A stretch of 56,841 nt of DNA from a virus. Taxonomy: Duplodnaviria; Caudoviricetes. The notes below the pieces were generated by a model, which was not told the DNA's origin, ran no database searches, and worked only from the letters and a program-made list of their open reading frames with translations. The position numbers and the translations under genes were made by a program. Below are positions 20,469-30,849 of this stretch, piece after piece (the first letter of the stretch is position 1; the number at the start of each line of letters is the position of its first letter). Where the stretch lies: the IMG/VR virus record IMGVR_UViG_3300049811_000087, positions 1 to 56,841 of that record; one strand, given 5' to 3'.

Positions 20469-20846
20469 ATGTCTATCTCGTATACAGCTAGCGGAGACTT
20501 CTCTAAAACTGAAAGTTTTTTGAAGAGGATTTCTTCCGGGGACATCTACTCCAAACTTCACCAATACGGTAAGATGGGGGTAGATGCTCTATCAAAAGCA
20601 ACCCCCAAAGAAAGTGGCGACACGGCAAAGTCTTGGGGGTACCGGATTATTAAAAGCAGAGTCAATCCGGGAATCGAATGGTATAACACTAATGTGAATG
20701 ATGGCGCAAACATCGCTATCCTTATTCAATATGGTCACGGAACTGGAACAGGAGGATACGTCCAGGGTCGAGACTATATAAACCCCGCAATGCGTCCCAT
20801 TTTTGACAAGATCGCAGAAGAGATTTGGAAAGAGGTGAAATCATGA
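20469..20846 (+). CDS. Tail completion protein (HK97 gp10-like)
   Basis: ATG after GGAG; TPKESGDTAKSW...IQYGHGT..GGYVQGRDYINPA. Confidence 0.6.
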   Translation: MSISYTASGDFSKTESFLKRISSGDIYSKLHQYGKMGVDALSKATPKESGDTAKSWGYRIIKSRVNPGIEWYNTNVNDGANIAILIQYGHGTGTGGYVQGRDYINPAMRPIFDKIAEEIWKEVKS

Positions 20847-23800
20847 GCATAGACAATCGTGTAGTTAAGATGACGTTCGATAACGCATCTTTCCAAAAGA
20901 AAACGGCCGATACCCTGGCGTCGCTTAAAAAACTTCAGGATAGTATGAACTTTTCTGGAGCCAAAGCAGGATTTCAGAAGATTAGCGATGCTGCCGCCAA
21001 AGTAAATGTTACTCCAGTTAAAACGGAAATCGATAAAGTAAACCAAGGCGTTGTTGCGTCAACCGCGACAGCCACTGCAGCAATCTTCAATCTTACAAAT
21101 CGAGCAGTTAATGCGGGTATAACGATCGCTAAGGCGCTGACTATCGATCCTCTTACGGCTGGTTTCCAAGAGTACGAAACCAACATGAACTCGATTCAGA
21201 CCATTCTTGCCAATACGGCGAGTAAAGGTACTAGTCTTGAGCAGGTCAATGCTGCGCTTGACCAGATGAATGAGTACTCAGATAAGACCATCTACAACTT
21301 CTCTCAGATGGCAAAGAACGTCGGCACCTTCACTGCGGCTGGCGTTGATCTGGACACCTCGGTTAGTGCAATTAAAGGTATTGCGAACCTAGCGGCTGTC
21401 TCCGGCTCGAGCTCAGAACAAGCCTCAACGGCTATGTATCAGCTTTCTCAGGCCATTGCTGCCGGTAGTGTCAAACTTATGGACTGGAACTCTGTTGTTA
21501 ACGCCGGTATGGGCGGCGAGGTTTTCAAGAACGCTCTTGTTCAAACCGCGTCAGCTTTAGGTACGATTAACAAAGTTCCCCTTGGTCAGACGTTCAAAGA
21601 GTGGGAAACGGCTAACGGAAGTTTCCGAGAAACACTAAAAGACGGATGGGTCACCGCAGAAGTTCTTACTACGACGCTGGGTGCGATTTCTGGCGATCTT
21701 GATGCCATTGAGCTCTCCAACATGGGGTTCACTGACGACCAAGTTGTTCAGATGGTTAAGCTTGGTGAAAGCGCTGTCGCTGCTGCAACAGAAGTCAAAA
21801 CTCTTACTCAGCTGACCTCAACAGTTAAAGAGTCGATTGGGTCTGGTTGGGCTCAGTCTTTCCGAACGGTTATCGGCGACTTCAAAGAAGCAAAAGCTCT
21901 GTTCACGGGGCTTAACAATTTCTTTGGTGAATTTATTGGTACGTCAGCCAAAGCACGAAACGATCTTCTCAATGGCTGGAAGTTCCTTGGTGGACGAGAC
22001 ACCCTCATGCAAGGGCTCTTATTCTCACTTGCTGCTGTCAAATCAGCTTTGTCACCAATCGCTCAAGCTTTTAGAGACGTCTTTCCGAGAAAGACCGGGT
22101 TTGATCTTCTTGCTATAACGACTGGGTTCCGAGACTTCGCAAAGAGTCTTATACTGTCTGGCTCGGCAGCCAAAACCGTTAAGCAGATTTTTAGGGCGGT
22201 CTTCTCTATATTTAAGATTGGGTTTGAGATAATCAAAGGTCTGTTCAGCGTTGTTGGAACTCTTGCTAAAGTCTTCTTTTCTCTGGTCGGTATATTCTCG
22301 GGAGTGGCCGGGTCTTCCGGCGATTTTATCTCAAAAATCACCGATCTCCTTGTTGGTGGCGGACTCATCGCCAAGGTGTTTGACTCCATAAACTGGGTTC
22401 TCCTCCGCTTTGCTGATGGAATCATGTGGGTCAGAGATCGTTTGAGTGACCTAACCCAATTTTTCACCGGGGGGATAATTGGGGAAAAGTTTTCAGAAGC
22501 TTTCTCTAGCTTGGGCGGTATATTTGATGCGTTCAAGCGATCGCTTTCTGGGATAGGACAAGCATTAAAGCCTGCTGGTGAAGCTATTAGAGGGTTCTTC
22601 GGTATCTTGGGAGGCGCTGCTGGCGGTGCAGGCGGTGTTGTTGGTTCTGGAGTAGCAAAGATATTTACGACTATTGCTGAAGCAATCATCACCTTTGCCA
22701 ATTTCGTTTCCTCAGCCATTTCTAAACTGGGTACAAAAGCTATTCCGTTCCTTACCGACGTAGCCACCGGAATTGGTGGATTCTTTACAATGGTAGCCAA
22801 AGCGGTTGGTGGCGCCGGAGGTATATTCGGCATTCTCTCTACAGCCGGAGCAGCTATTCAAGAATTCTTTGTTTCTCTGTATGTTGGGTTTGCCGAAACC
22901 GATATTGGGGAAACTATTCAGGATACTTTAGACACAGTAAAAGACTTCTTTACCTCCCTTTACGCCACAATGACTGGGATTGACATTGGAGGCGCAGCTA
23001 GTGGAGCGGCTTCCGGTGTATCGAACTTCTTCCAGACTCTTTGGGGCAATGTTTCGAATATTCAGCAGATATCAACCCTTCTGGACTCAATTCGGACGTC
23101 CATCACGAATTTCTTCTCTTCGGTCTTTAACTCGACACAGGGGTCTGGCGAAGGAATCAAAAAGGCTTTCGGCGATCTTGGTGAAACCCTTGGTCGCTTC
23201 GCTGGCAACTTGTGGGATACTATAAGTGCAGGTCTTGGTAAAGTTGGCGAATTCCTTTCTAATGTGTTCTCGTCTATATTTGGCTCCATCAAATCGGCTG
23301 GGGGCGGCGTTTCTGACGCCATCGGCGGATTTATGGAAAACATTGGAGCTGCGTTTGAGACCAAAAACCTCAATAAGATTCTGGCGGTTGTTGGGACTGG
23401 TTTGTTTGCCGTTCTTGTCAATTCATTTCGAAGGATTGCCAAAAATGGGTTTAAGTTGGATTTTGGTCTTGAGCCTCTTATTGAATCTCTAACTGGACTA
23501 GCAGACAAATTCAGCGACACTTTGGATGTCATTGGCGGAGCAATTAAGACGTTCCAGAACAACATGCGAGCAGACACTCTGCTCAAGATCGGCCTGGCTA
23601 TGGCAGTTCTTACTGCCTCTATCGTCGTGCTGACACTTCTTGACCCTCAAATGATTGCGATTTCGCTTGGGGCAGTTGCCGTCGGTGTTGGCACGTTGGT
23701 TGGAGCTCTGGCCTTACTTTCCAAGATTGAAGCAAACCCAGTTAAAACGGTTGCTCTTGGGGCGTCTATGATGCTTCTTTCGGCCTCGGTTCTCATCCTC

Positions 23801-26227
23801 GCTGGGGCAATTTATATTTTAAGCAAGATGGACCCCAAGACGTTCACAGACGGTATGATTCGAGTCGCTCTTGCTTTGGCAGCCTTTGTTGCGCTTGCTT
23901 ACGGGTTGAGTCAGGCTCAAGGCCAGCTCATTCGTGCGGCGATTTCACTTGGTATACTGAGTTTGTCACTAATGGTCTTTGCCAAAACAATCGACATATA
24001 TTCGGGTATAGATATGGGCGTCCTAGCCAAGGGTACATCAATAATTGCTGGTATTCTTGTGACGTTCGGCGTTCTCAGCAATATTGTAGATGGCAGCGCC
24101 ATGATCAAGTTTGCCCTTGGGTTGGGGGTGTCTTCGTTTGCTCTCCGAGGACTTGCAAAGGTAATCGGTGAACTAGGCTCTCTACCATTTGAACAGCTTC
24201 GAAACGGTCTATTTGGTATGGTCGTTGTTCTTGGCGCTTTGGTAGGTTCACTGCGCCTTATGCCTGATGAAAAGAAATCTAGAGCAGGCACCATTGCCCT
24301 TCTTGGTATGGCTGCCGCCCTTTGGGTCATGGCAAAGGCAATTGAAACGATCGGTAGACTTGGCACCGGCGGCGTCATCCAAAGCGTGCTCGCCTTTGTG
24401 GTTGTCATTGGTCTGCTTGTTGGGTCGGCTATGCTCCTTTCTAAGTTTGGAGTTGGGGTCGGCCCTATCATCACGCTATCCGTGGCCTTGGCTATATTTG
24501 CGGCAGCAATCACAGCTTTGGGTCAGTTGGACATTGGTCAAGTCCTAATTGCATTAGGCGCTCTTGCTGGTATATTCTTAGTCATAGGCGCCGCAACAAT
24601 ATTACTTACGCCTCTCGTCCCAGCACTTACCGCTCTTGGGGCGGCGTTGTTTATTGCCGGTGCTGGTTTCGCCTTGTTTGGTATCGGCGTTGCTCTGACT
24701 GGAGCCGGTTTAGCAGTTCTCGGTAAAGTAGGACCAAAGGCCCTTAAGAACCTGGCCAAGGGCCTTATTGAAGTTATTAAGTTGTTTCCTCAAATTGCAG
24801 CCGCTCTTGCCAAAGGCTTTGTCGAGTTTATTAGAACGATTGGTAAGTCCGCCGGACAGATTGCGGACGCTATCGGAGACCTTCTCATCCAACTTCTCGA
24901 GAAGATACAAGAAATTCTTCCGGTCATTGGAGAAACTGCGGGCGTGCTTATCGAAACACTTCTCACGCTTCTTGAAGAAAAGATCCCGCGTCTTATTGAG
25001 GTCGGCCTCAAACTTCTTATTGCGTTCCTCACAGGGATTCGCAATAACATCGGCCAGATTGTCACGCTTGGGCTTGAAATCATGTCCAACTTCCTCAATG
25101 GTATAACCGCAGGTATTCCTCTGCTTGGGGCGGCCATTCGGCTTCTCATCACCGTGGTTGTCAATGAGATTGTTCTAGCTATCCCGATCTTGATCAATGC
25201 CGGAGTTTCAATTCTGGTTGCCTTGATCAACGGTATCAGGTCTGCGGTTTCTCAGATTGTGACCGCAATAACCGACCTGATCGTGACTATTATTGTTGAA
25301 ATCGGCAATAACATGCAAAGGATTACCGACGCTGGTTTCTTCACGTTGGTCTCCTTCCTTTGGGGTTTGACGAACAACGTCACGTACCTTACCGGCGAAG
25401 TCAAGAAGATGTTCGACCAGATACTGGACGCTCTCGAAGATCTGATTATTGGCGACAACGGCATTGTTGATTCAGCAGTTGACTTTGTCGAGGCTTTCTT
25501 GGCTGGAATGGTCGACCGGTCAATTAGGTTTGGAAAGTTTTCTGGCGATCTTATCATTAAGCTCTTGAACAGCATTGAGAAGTTTATTCGCGACGAAGGC
25601 GCTCGAATCAGACGAGCTGGTTGGGGTATTGCAGACGCCATTATTGATGGTATTACTGGCGGTCTTTCTAACCGAGTAGACGATGTTCTCGGTGCCGTTA
25701 GGCGCCTAGCAGGAAACGTCATTGACACCTTCAAGGGTGTCATAAACAGTGATTCCCCGTCTAAGGTCTTCATCGGTATTGCGGAAGACATTGGTAATGG
25801 TCTTGCTATTGGATTGAGTAACGACTCAAAGGTTAAGATCGCATCTAAGGGGTTGGCCGAGTCCACGATCAAGTCATTTGGCGAAGCTATGAGTGGTCTT
25901 AAATACGATCTCCAAGATCTTGATGAGTTCAACCCAACTATCACTCCTGTTCTGGATCTTACTCGAGTTGCAAATGGAGCAAAAGGGCTTTCTGGGCTTC
26001 TTAGTACGGCACCTATATCTGCATCTCTTTCTGCTAGGCAGGCTAGCGCTATAGCTTCCGCACAGGGACCGAGTCGCCAAGACTCTGAGCTTGCAGCGGC
26101 AGCACCCGTTAGGGAAATCAAGTTTGAGCAGATCATCAATTCGCCTACGGCGCTTACAACAGATGATATTTACCGTAGCACTCGAAATCAGATTGCCTTG
26201 GCTAAAGAGGAGTTGAAGATTCCATGA
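20843..26227 (+). CDS. Tape measure protein
   Basis: ~1795 aa; tape-measure N-terminal domain, Ala/Gly/Leu/Ile-rich amphipathic repeats, SPSKVF near C-terminus. Confidence 0.92.
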   Translation: MSIDNRVVKMTFDNASFQKKTADTLASLKKLQDSMNFSGAKAGFQKISDAAAKVNVTPVKTEIDKVNQGVVASTATATAAIFNLTNRAVNAGITIAKALTIDPLTAGFQEYETNMNSIQTILANTASKGTSLEQVNAALDQMNEYSDKTIYNFSQMAKNVGTFTAAGVDLDTSVSAIKGIANLAAVSGSSSEQASTAMYQLSQAIAAGSVKLMDWNSVVNAGMGGEVFKNALVQTASALGTINKVPLGQTFKEWETANGSFRETLKDGWVTAEVLTTTLGAISGDLDAIELSNMGFTDDQVVQMVKLGESAVAAATEVKTLTQLTSTVKESIGSGWAQSFRTVIGDFKEAKALFTGLNNFFGEFIGTSAKARNDLLNGWKFLGGRDTLMQGLLFSLAAVKSALSPIAQAFRDVFPRKTGFDLLAITTGFRDFAKSLILSGSAAKTVKQIFRAVFSIFKIGFEIIKGLFSVVGTLAKVFFSLVGIFSGVAGSSGDFISKITDLLVGGGLIAKVFDSINWVLLRFADGIMWVRDRLSDLTQFFTGGIIGEKFSEAFSSLGGIFDAFKRSLSGIGQALKPAGEAIRGFFGILGGAAGGAGGVVGSGVAKIFTTIAEAIITFANFVSSAISKLGTKAIPFLTDVATGIGGFFTMVAKAVGGAGGIFGILSTAGAAIQEFFVSLYVGFAETDIGETIQDTLDTVKDFFTSLYATMTGIDIGGAASGAASGVSNFFQTLWGNVSNIQQISTLLDSIRTSITNFFSSVFNSTQGSGEGIKKAFGDLGETLGRFAGNLWDTISAGLGKVGEFLSNVFSSIFGSIKSAGGGVSDAIGGFMENIGAAFETKNLNKILAVVGTGLFAVLVNSFRRIAKNGFKLDFGLEPLIESLTGLADKFSDTLDVIGGAIKTFQNNMRADTLLKIGLAMAVLTASIVVLTLLDPQMIAISLGAVAVGVGTLVGALALLSKIEANPVKTVALGASMMLLSASVLILAGAIYILSKMDPKTFTDGMIRVALALAAFVALAYGLSQAQGQLIRAAISLGILSLSLMVFAKTIDIYSGIDMGVLAKGTSIIAGILVTFGVLSNIVDGSAMIKFALGLGVSSFALRGLAKVIGELGSLPFEQLRNGLFGMVVVLGALVGSLRLMPDEKKSRAGTIALLGMAAALWVMAKAIETIGRLGTGGVIQSVLAFVVVIGLLVGSAMLLSKFGVGVGPIITLSVALAIFAAAITALGQLDIGQVLIALGALAGIFLVIGAATILLTPLVPALTALGAALFIAGAGFALFGIGVALTGAGLAVLGKVGPKALKNLAKGLIEVIKLFPQIAAALAKGFVEFIRTIGKSAGQIADAIGDLLIQLLEKIQEILPVIGETAGVLIETLLTLLEEKIPRLIEVGLKLLIAFLTGIRNNIGQIVTLGLEIMSNFLNGITAGIPLLGAAIRLLITVVVNEIVLAIPILINAGVSILVALINGIRSAVSQIVTAITDLIVTIIVEIGNNMQRITDAGFFTLVSFLWGLTNNVTYLTGEVKKMFDQILDALEDLIIGDNGIVDSAVDFVEAFLAGMVDRSIRFGKFSGDLIIKLLNSIEKFIRDEGARIRRAGWGIADAIIDGITGGLSNRVDDVLGAVRRLAGNVIDTFKGVINSDSPSKVFIGIAEDIGNGLAIGLSNDSKVKIASKGLAESTIKSFGEAMSGLKYDLQDLDEFNPTITPVLDLTRVANGAKGLSGLLSTAPISASLSARQASAIASAQGPSRQDSELAAAAPVREIKFEQIINSPTALTTDDIYRSTRNQIALAKEELKIP

Positions 26228-27111
26228 GATTTACCGAATTAGACCTTCTTTGCGCATGCTCACACGAGGTAATCCACATTGATTTTAGAGATAAACTAAA
26301 CGCCGGTCCATATATTCTGAAAAGCGTGCTAGGGCTGGATCTGGATAGCATCGTTCCGAAATACTCCGGTAGATCTAGTAATGGTAAAAACTTCTATTCG
26401 CCCACGATTCCAAAACGTGAGGTTGTGGTTCGATTTGCATTAAAACCAAACTATGCTGAGGGTGAGACCCCGGATAGTCTACGAGATAATGTTTATAAAG
26501 CACTAGCCACAAATAGAACTGGCGTAATGAGTCTTTTATTTAAGCGGTATGACGCTTATGAAGACGAGTCGATTCCCGTCGCGAAGATAACAGGATCAGT
26601 AAAGAGGATTGAAGCGTCTATATTTGCTGAGACGCCTGAAATTCAAATTACTCTAGATTGTCAAGATCCATTTCTTCGCTCGCCCGAGGCAACTGTATTT
26701 CCAGCAGAGACGTTTGCGTCTTTGGATCATGTCGCGGGAGACACTACCCTCGTTCTCAACGACGAGGTTTCAACGGCCCCACACGGCATGACGATGGAGT
26801 TTTTATGTACCGCAACTCGATCCTCTTTCGTCATATCGAACGCTCTACCGCATCCCTGGATGTTTGAGCTGATCCCAGGAACCATAAACGGCATCACCCA
26901 TTTCGTATCTGGCGATAGGATATTTATTGATAATTCTGGGTCGACATCTCAGGTTTACGTGATGCGTGGCGGAGTTCCAGTTCATTTGATGGATAAAATT
27001 CGCCCTGGCTCTGTTTGGCCTACTATATTTCCTGGCGACAACAACTTCACGATTGCTAGGTACTTCAAGCTGGAGTCTGTTTCTTGGTTCTCTTCGTATT
27101 GGGGTATTTGA
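26224..27111 (+). CDS. Distal tail protein (Dit-like)
   Basis: Directly after tape measure; LDCQDPF...WPTIFPGDNNF. Confidence 0.7.
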   Translation: MRFTELDLLCACSHEVIHIDFRDKLNAGPYILKSVLGLDLDSIVPKYSGRSSNGKNFYSPTIPKREVVVRFALKPNYAEGETPDSLRDNVYKALATNRTGVMSLLFKRYDAYEDESIPVAKITGSVKRIEASIFAETPEIQITLDCQDPFLRSPEATVFPAETFASLDHVAGDTTLVLNDEVSTAPHGMTMEFLCTATRSSFVISNALPHPWMFELIPGTINGITHFVSGDRIFIDNSGSTSQVYVMRGGVPVHLMDKIRPGSVWPTIFPGDNNFTIARYFKLESVSWFSSYWGI

Positions 27112-27112
27112 T

Positions 27113-28267
27113 ATGGATCTTTTCAAATACGGAAGACTTACAGGTCATTTGGACTTAGTGTCTGGCGAAAGAATAAACGGATATTCTTCTATTACTTGGA
27201 TCGAAAGATTTCGAGACGCTTCCGAGTTTACTCTTGAAGCTCAGGCTGATACAAACCTGCAAGCGTTTCTACCTCTTGGTACGTTAATCTCCCACACCAA
27301 CACTCGAGAAATCATGATTGTTGAAAATCATGAAATCATAAGTCCGGAAGATGCCCCACCAACGCTTAAGATTACAGGACGTAGTTTTGAAACGTTTCTT
27401 GAGAATCGCATTGTTGGGTCTAATGTAAATTGGAATCTTTGGAACCGTACAGAATACAAAAACAACTGGTTTCCGGTTTGGGCGAGGGCTAAAGAGCTTG
27501 TCCGAGAGCATACGTACGAACAGGTGCTTCTTGACTACGACGACTCATTAAGAAACCTAAACATAGAACTGGCGCCGGACGTTTATTCAGTAAATACCAC
27601 GGTTCCCTTGGACGAAGACATATTTGAGAAGCAACCGCTGTACCAAGCGTTTATAAATTTGTTGACAGCCGCAGACCTTGGGGTTTCTTCGATGCGGCCA
27701 CTGGGCGACAACCTAAGAGACCCATACAGCTCGGTATCTGAACATAATCCAAACGGGCTAACCCTGATGATTCGCAGGGGGACAGACAGATCCTCTCAGG
27801 TTGGCTTCTCGCATCTAGCTGGAGAAATAAAGTCGGCTAACTATCTTTGGAGCCTTAAATCACTAAAGACTGCCTGTATTGTAGAGAGTAATTATCTCCA
27901 GGTTAGGGTTGTCAACCCCGGACTAAATTACAACCGTCGAGTCATGTATTTACCGGCAAAAGATTTAGACGAGGCATACGAGGTCATCCCCACTGGTTCT
28001 GCCAACAACGCGATTCGAGCGGCTATGCGGAGACGTGGGCAGCTCGCTCTGGCGAACCAAAAACGAGTTGCTATTAGCAGTGTTCAGTTAGATCCCGGAA
28101 AGCTAAGATTCCACTATCGAACAGATTATTTCCTTGGCGATTATGTGGGCGTTTCGGGTGAGTATGAGACTAGTAGCAAAATGCGGGTAATAGAACACGT
28201 TGAAATTGAAGATCAAAACGGGTATACTAGTTACCCGACATTACAAGATCCCGAAGGAGATTCATGA
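27113..28267 (+). CDS. Baseplate hub / minor tail protein (ReqiPepy6 gp37-like)
   Basis: SITWIERF...EF...ITGRS.E..L..R...YRTDYFLGDYV. Confidence 0.7.
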   Translation: MDLFKYGRLTGHLDLVSGERINGYSSITWIERFRDASEFTLEAQADTNLQAFLPLGTLISHTNTREIMIVENHEIISPEDAPPTLKITGRSFETFLENRIVGSNVNWNLWNRTEYKNNWFPVWARAKELVREHTYEQVLLDYDDSLRNLNIELAPDVYSVNTTVPLDEDIFEKQPLYQAFINLLTAADLGVSSMRPLGDNLRDPYSSVSEHNPNGLTLMIRRGTDRSSQVGFSHLAGEIKSANYLWSLKSLKTACIVESNYLQVRVVNPGLNYNRRVMYLPAKDLDEAYEVIPTGSANNAIRAAMRRRGQLALANQKRVAISSVQLDPGKLRFHYRTDYFLGDYVGVSGEYETSSKMRVIEHVEIEDQNGYTSYPTLQDPEGDS

Positions 28268-28494
28268 TTACTTTGTCGAACAAAATTTACGATACCTTAA
28301 AAAGGTTCATCACTATAGCCTTTCCTGCGGGGATAACTCTTTATACCACTCTGGCTCAGCTGTGGAACTGGGGAGGAACCGAGAAGGTTATTTTAACGGC
28401 TAGCGCAGTTGTCACATTTCTTGGAGTTTTGCTCGGTGTGAGTTCCAATAACTACAAGAAAGAAGTCGATGCGCTTTTTAGTGATTCTCAGTAA
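28264..28494 (+). CDS. Holin (Dp-1-like)
   Basis: LSNKIYDTLK...PA..TLY..LA..W...TFLGVLLGVSS; two TM segments. Confidence 0.75.
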   Translation: MITLSNKIYDTLKRFITIAFPAGITLYTTLAQLWNWGGTEKVILTASAVVTFLGVLLGVSSNNYKKEVDALFSDSQ

Positions 28495-28503
28495 AGGGGC
28501 ACG

Positions 28504-28968
28504 ATGGCGTCAATCTTTTCAGAAGTGGTTGCAAATGCAGGCAGTAGTGAACAAGTGGTGTTAGCTTTGATTGCTGTCATTGCGACTGCAGTTGGCGCCT
28601 TAGCTTTTGTTATTCGCGGCGCACAGAACACCGCAAAAGACACTAACGAACAGGTTAGAGAAGTAAACCGCGCAGTTAACAACATAGGGCCTGGCGAGCA
28701 TCGTCTCTACGACAAAGTAGATCATATTTCTAATGAACTTTCTCTTGTTACTGAAATTTTGAATACGGTTACTAGAGAGTTAAAGGAACATCGAGCCTTT
28801 TGGAAGGATTTTCATCTTAAATGGGGGAATCTTCCAGAAGAGCTGGACAGTGCTGCCGATTTAGCAGTCACATTAAGTCGGATTCGAGACGAAATCCGTA
28901 ACGTTCAAACCTCTCTAAGCAAACATGTTGAATGGGAAGAGAATCACAAATACAAAGAAGGCGAATGA
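28504..28968 (+). CDS. Membrane-anchored coiled-coil protein (lysis region)
   Basis: N-terminal TM then heptad pattern. Confidence 0.6.
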   Translation: MASIFSEVVANAGSSEQVVLALIAVIATAVGALAFVIRGAQNTAKDTNEQVREVNRAVNNIGPGEHRLYDKVDHISNELSLVTEILNTVTRELKEHRAFWKDFHLKWGNLPEELDSAADLAVTLSRIRDEIRNVQTSLSKHVEWEENHKYKEGE

Positions 28969-29189
28969 GCATGCTGGCTGTCACAATCAATGAAGCTACC
29001 GGAATGGCGTTGGGCTTTGCGCTTGGCGTTATATTTATGATTATTCTGTTCAAACTGGTTGGTTCACACGGAGTTATGTGTACCGAAGTCGATAACGAAG
29101 GTGATATAATCTACAGGCTCAAACTCGAAGAGGAACCTTCCGAGCTCAAAAACAAAAAGTTCATAATGTTCCGGGTGTCAAGTAAGTAG
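28965..29189 (+). CDS. Small membrane protein
   Basis: ATGA overlap; TM GMALGFALGVIFMIILF. Confidence 0.55.
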   Translation: MSMLAVTINEATGMALGFALGVIFMIILFKLVGSHGVMCTEVDNEGDIIYRLKLEEEPSELKNKKFIMFRVSSK

Positions 29190-29200
29190 TAACAATAAAT

Positions 29201-29218
29201 ACAACGCTTATAATGAGA
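29201..29218 (+). promoter_or_regulatory. Conserved phage promoter-like motif, copy 1
   Basis: ACAACGCTTATAATGAGA, upstream of RBS and ATG 29238. Confidence 0.8.
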
Positions 29219-29237
29219 CCCTACGGAAAGGTGAACT

Positions 29238-29525
29238 ATGTTCAACCCCTTCAAACGAGAAGAGGACCGTCAGTTGGATGTCCTGATCAATCGTGTGATC
29301 GACGACATGGAATTGTATGGCCCGGACTCTGAGGAATACCCGAGGTTGGTCGAGACCCTGAAGAAGCTTTACAAGCTGAAGGCGCAACAGAAGCCCCGGC
29401 GCGTGAGCCCAGACACGGTCCTGATCGTCCTCGGGAACATCCTTGGTATTCTGGTCATCGTTGCATACGAAGAGAAGCACGTTATCACATCCAAGGCCTA
29501 CTCGACTTTCGTGAAGAGGAACTAG
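29238..29525 (+). CDS. Membrane protein (cassette-type gene)
   Basis: GAAAGG RBS; VSPDTVLIVLGNILGILVIVAYE TM segment. Confidence 0.7.
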   Translation: MFNPFKREEDRQLDVLINRVIDDMELYGPDSEEYPRLVETLKKLYKLKAQQKPRRVSPDTVLIVLGNILGILVIVAYEEKHVITSKAYSTFVKRN

Positions 29526-29543
29526 TACCATACGGAGGTGCAA

Positions 29544-29590
29544 GCACAGGAGTTGTGTTGGAGAAATCTGACGCAGCTTCTGTGTTTTGC
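29544..29590 (+). terminator. Long GAAA-tetraloop hairpin, probable terminator
   Basis: GCACAGGAGTTGTGTTGGA-GAAA-TCTGACGCAGCTTCTGTGT followed by TTT. Confidence 0.6.
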
Positions 29591-29670
29591 ATTTCTAACA
29601 ACCATTCCTAAAATTGCCTGGGGGGATATTTTGGAAAAAGTTTCCAGGTTTAACAGGGGTGACAAAATTT

Positions 29671-29690
29671 ACAACGCCTATAATGGGAGA
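29671..29690 (+). promoter_or_regulatory. Conserved phage promoter-like motif, copy 2 (heads replication operon)
   Basis: ACAACGCCTATAATGGGAGA. Confidence 0.8.
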
Positions 29691-29747
29691 GTTCCTCACG
29701 TCTTATGACGTGACGTAGTTAACCCAACTACGACGACTTTCTTTTTT
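29685..29747 (+). ncRNA. Structured leader / small RNA (three-way junction plus U-tract)
   Basis: GGGAGAGTT/GACTTTCTT closes two perfect 7-bp hairpins, TCACGTC/GACGTGA and CGTAGTT/AACTACG. Confidence 0.55.
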
Positions 29748-29764
29748 GCATCGGAGGAAACGTT

Positions 29765-29926
29765 ATGAAAAAGGTTTCTGTTTATGAGTATAAAGGAGAA
29801 GCGTTTGTAATGGCAAACTCTAAGAATTACGGGTGCCTTCATTTTATCGGAGACGTTTTGCTCACTCTGCTGACTGGAGGTCTTTGGTTGATCTGGATTT
29901 TTGTTAGGGAGATGCGGCGTAGATGA
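29765..29926 (+). CDS. Small membrane protein (53 aa; not in ORF track)
   Basis: GGAGG RBS; ...FIGDVLLTLLTGGLWLIWIFVREMRRR; ATGA overlap with next gene. Confidence 0.7.
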   Translation: MKKVSVYEYKGEAFVMANSKNYGCLHFIGDVLLTLLTGGLWLIWIFVREMRRR

Positions 29927-30666
29927 TAAAAAACTACATTCGGCAAGCAAACAAGTACGCCTCTAAAAACGCCCCGGCGCTTATGACGGTCGTTGGCGTT
30001 GCTGGAGTCATCACAACAGCCTTTCTTTCGGCTAGTGCGTCGTTCAAGGCTGTGCGGGTAATTGATGCCGCAAAAGAAGAAAACGAGCCATCAGAAGAAC
30101 CGCTTGAACGACTCAAGGAAAACACAAAGCTGGTCTGGAAGCTTTATATTCCGCCAGTTACAACGGGTCTTGTCACAATCGGGGCGATTGCGTACGCACA
30201 TAAGCTCGGTTCAAAGAGAACTGCAGCAGCTATTAGTGCGTATACCATCACAGAACGAGCCTTTGCCGAGTATCGAAATAAGGTCGTTGAAGAAATTGGT
30301 TCGCACCGGGAACAAGTTGTTCGAGACGATATTGCTCGTGATGAAGTATCAAAGAAGTCATCTAACCAGATTATTCTGGCTGGGTCCGGCGAAGTAATGT
30401 GCTGTGAGTTGTACACCCGCAGATATTTCATGTCTGACATGGAGACACTCAGAAAAGCACAGAACGACATCAACAATAGGGCGATGCACGATCTTTATGT
30501 GACTCTTGACGAGTTTTACAATATCGTGAACCTTCCTAGTACCGCTCATTCTGGCGAATTGGGGTGGGATTCAGACCGCCTCATGGATCTGGAATTCTCA
30601 ACCGTTCTTTCCGAAGACGGGCGTCCATGTCTAGCGTTCAATTACAATTACATCAAACCCATTTAA
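29923..30666 (+). CDS. DUF6353-like protein
   Basis: NAPALMTVVGVAGV..TA..S...WKLYIP...Y...E..F.EYR...LDEFY...GW. Confidence 0.65.
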   Translation: MIKNYIRQANKYASKNAPALMTVVGVAGVITTAFLSASASFKAVRVIDAAKEENEPSEEPLERLKENTKLVWKLYIPPVTTGLVTIGAIAYAHKLGSKRTAAAISAYTITERAFAEYRNKVVEEIGSHREQVVRDDIARDEVSKKSSNQIILAGSGEVMCCELYTRRYFMSDMETLRKAQNDINNRAMHDLYVTLDEFYNIVNLPSTAHSGELGWDSDRLMDLEFSTVLSEDGRPCLAFNYNYIKPI

Positions 30667-30678
30667 TACGGAGGAATA

Positions 30679-30849
30679 ATGAAGAAGTTTGACTTTGATA
30701 TTTATAAGGAAGACACAGATCCTGCCGTCCATCAGATTGCTAAGCTTCTGCTTACGTCTCTGGGCAGCTGGATCACCGTCAAGCTAATTGAAACTGCGTA
30801 TAATTCGCATTTCAATCTCAACGAAAAGGAAAAAGATCAGGATGCTTAA
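30679..30849 (+). CDS. Hypothetical protein (56 aa; not in ORF track)
   Basis: GGAGG RBS; MKKFDFDIY... Confidence 0.55.
   Translation: MKKFDFDIYKEDTDPAVHQIAKLLLTSLGSWITVKLIETAYNSHFNLNEKEKDQDA

Noticed and set aside
22063-26139. Several 150-295-aa minus-strand ORFs
   Set aside because: Shadows of the tape measure gene
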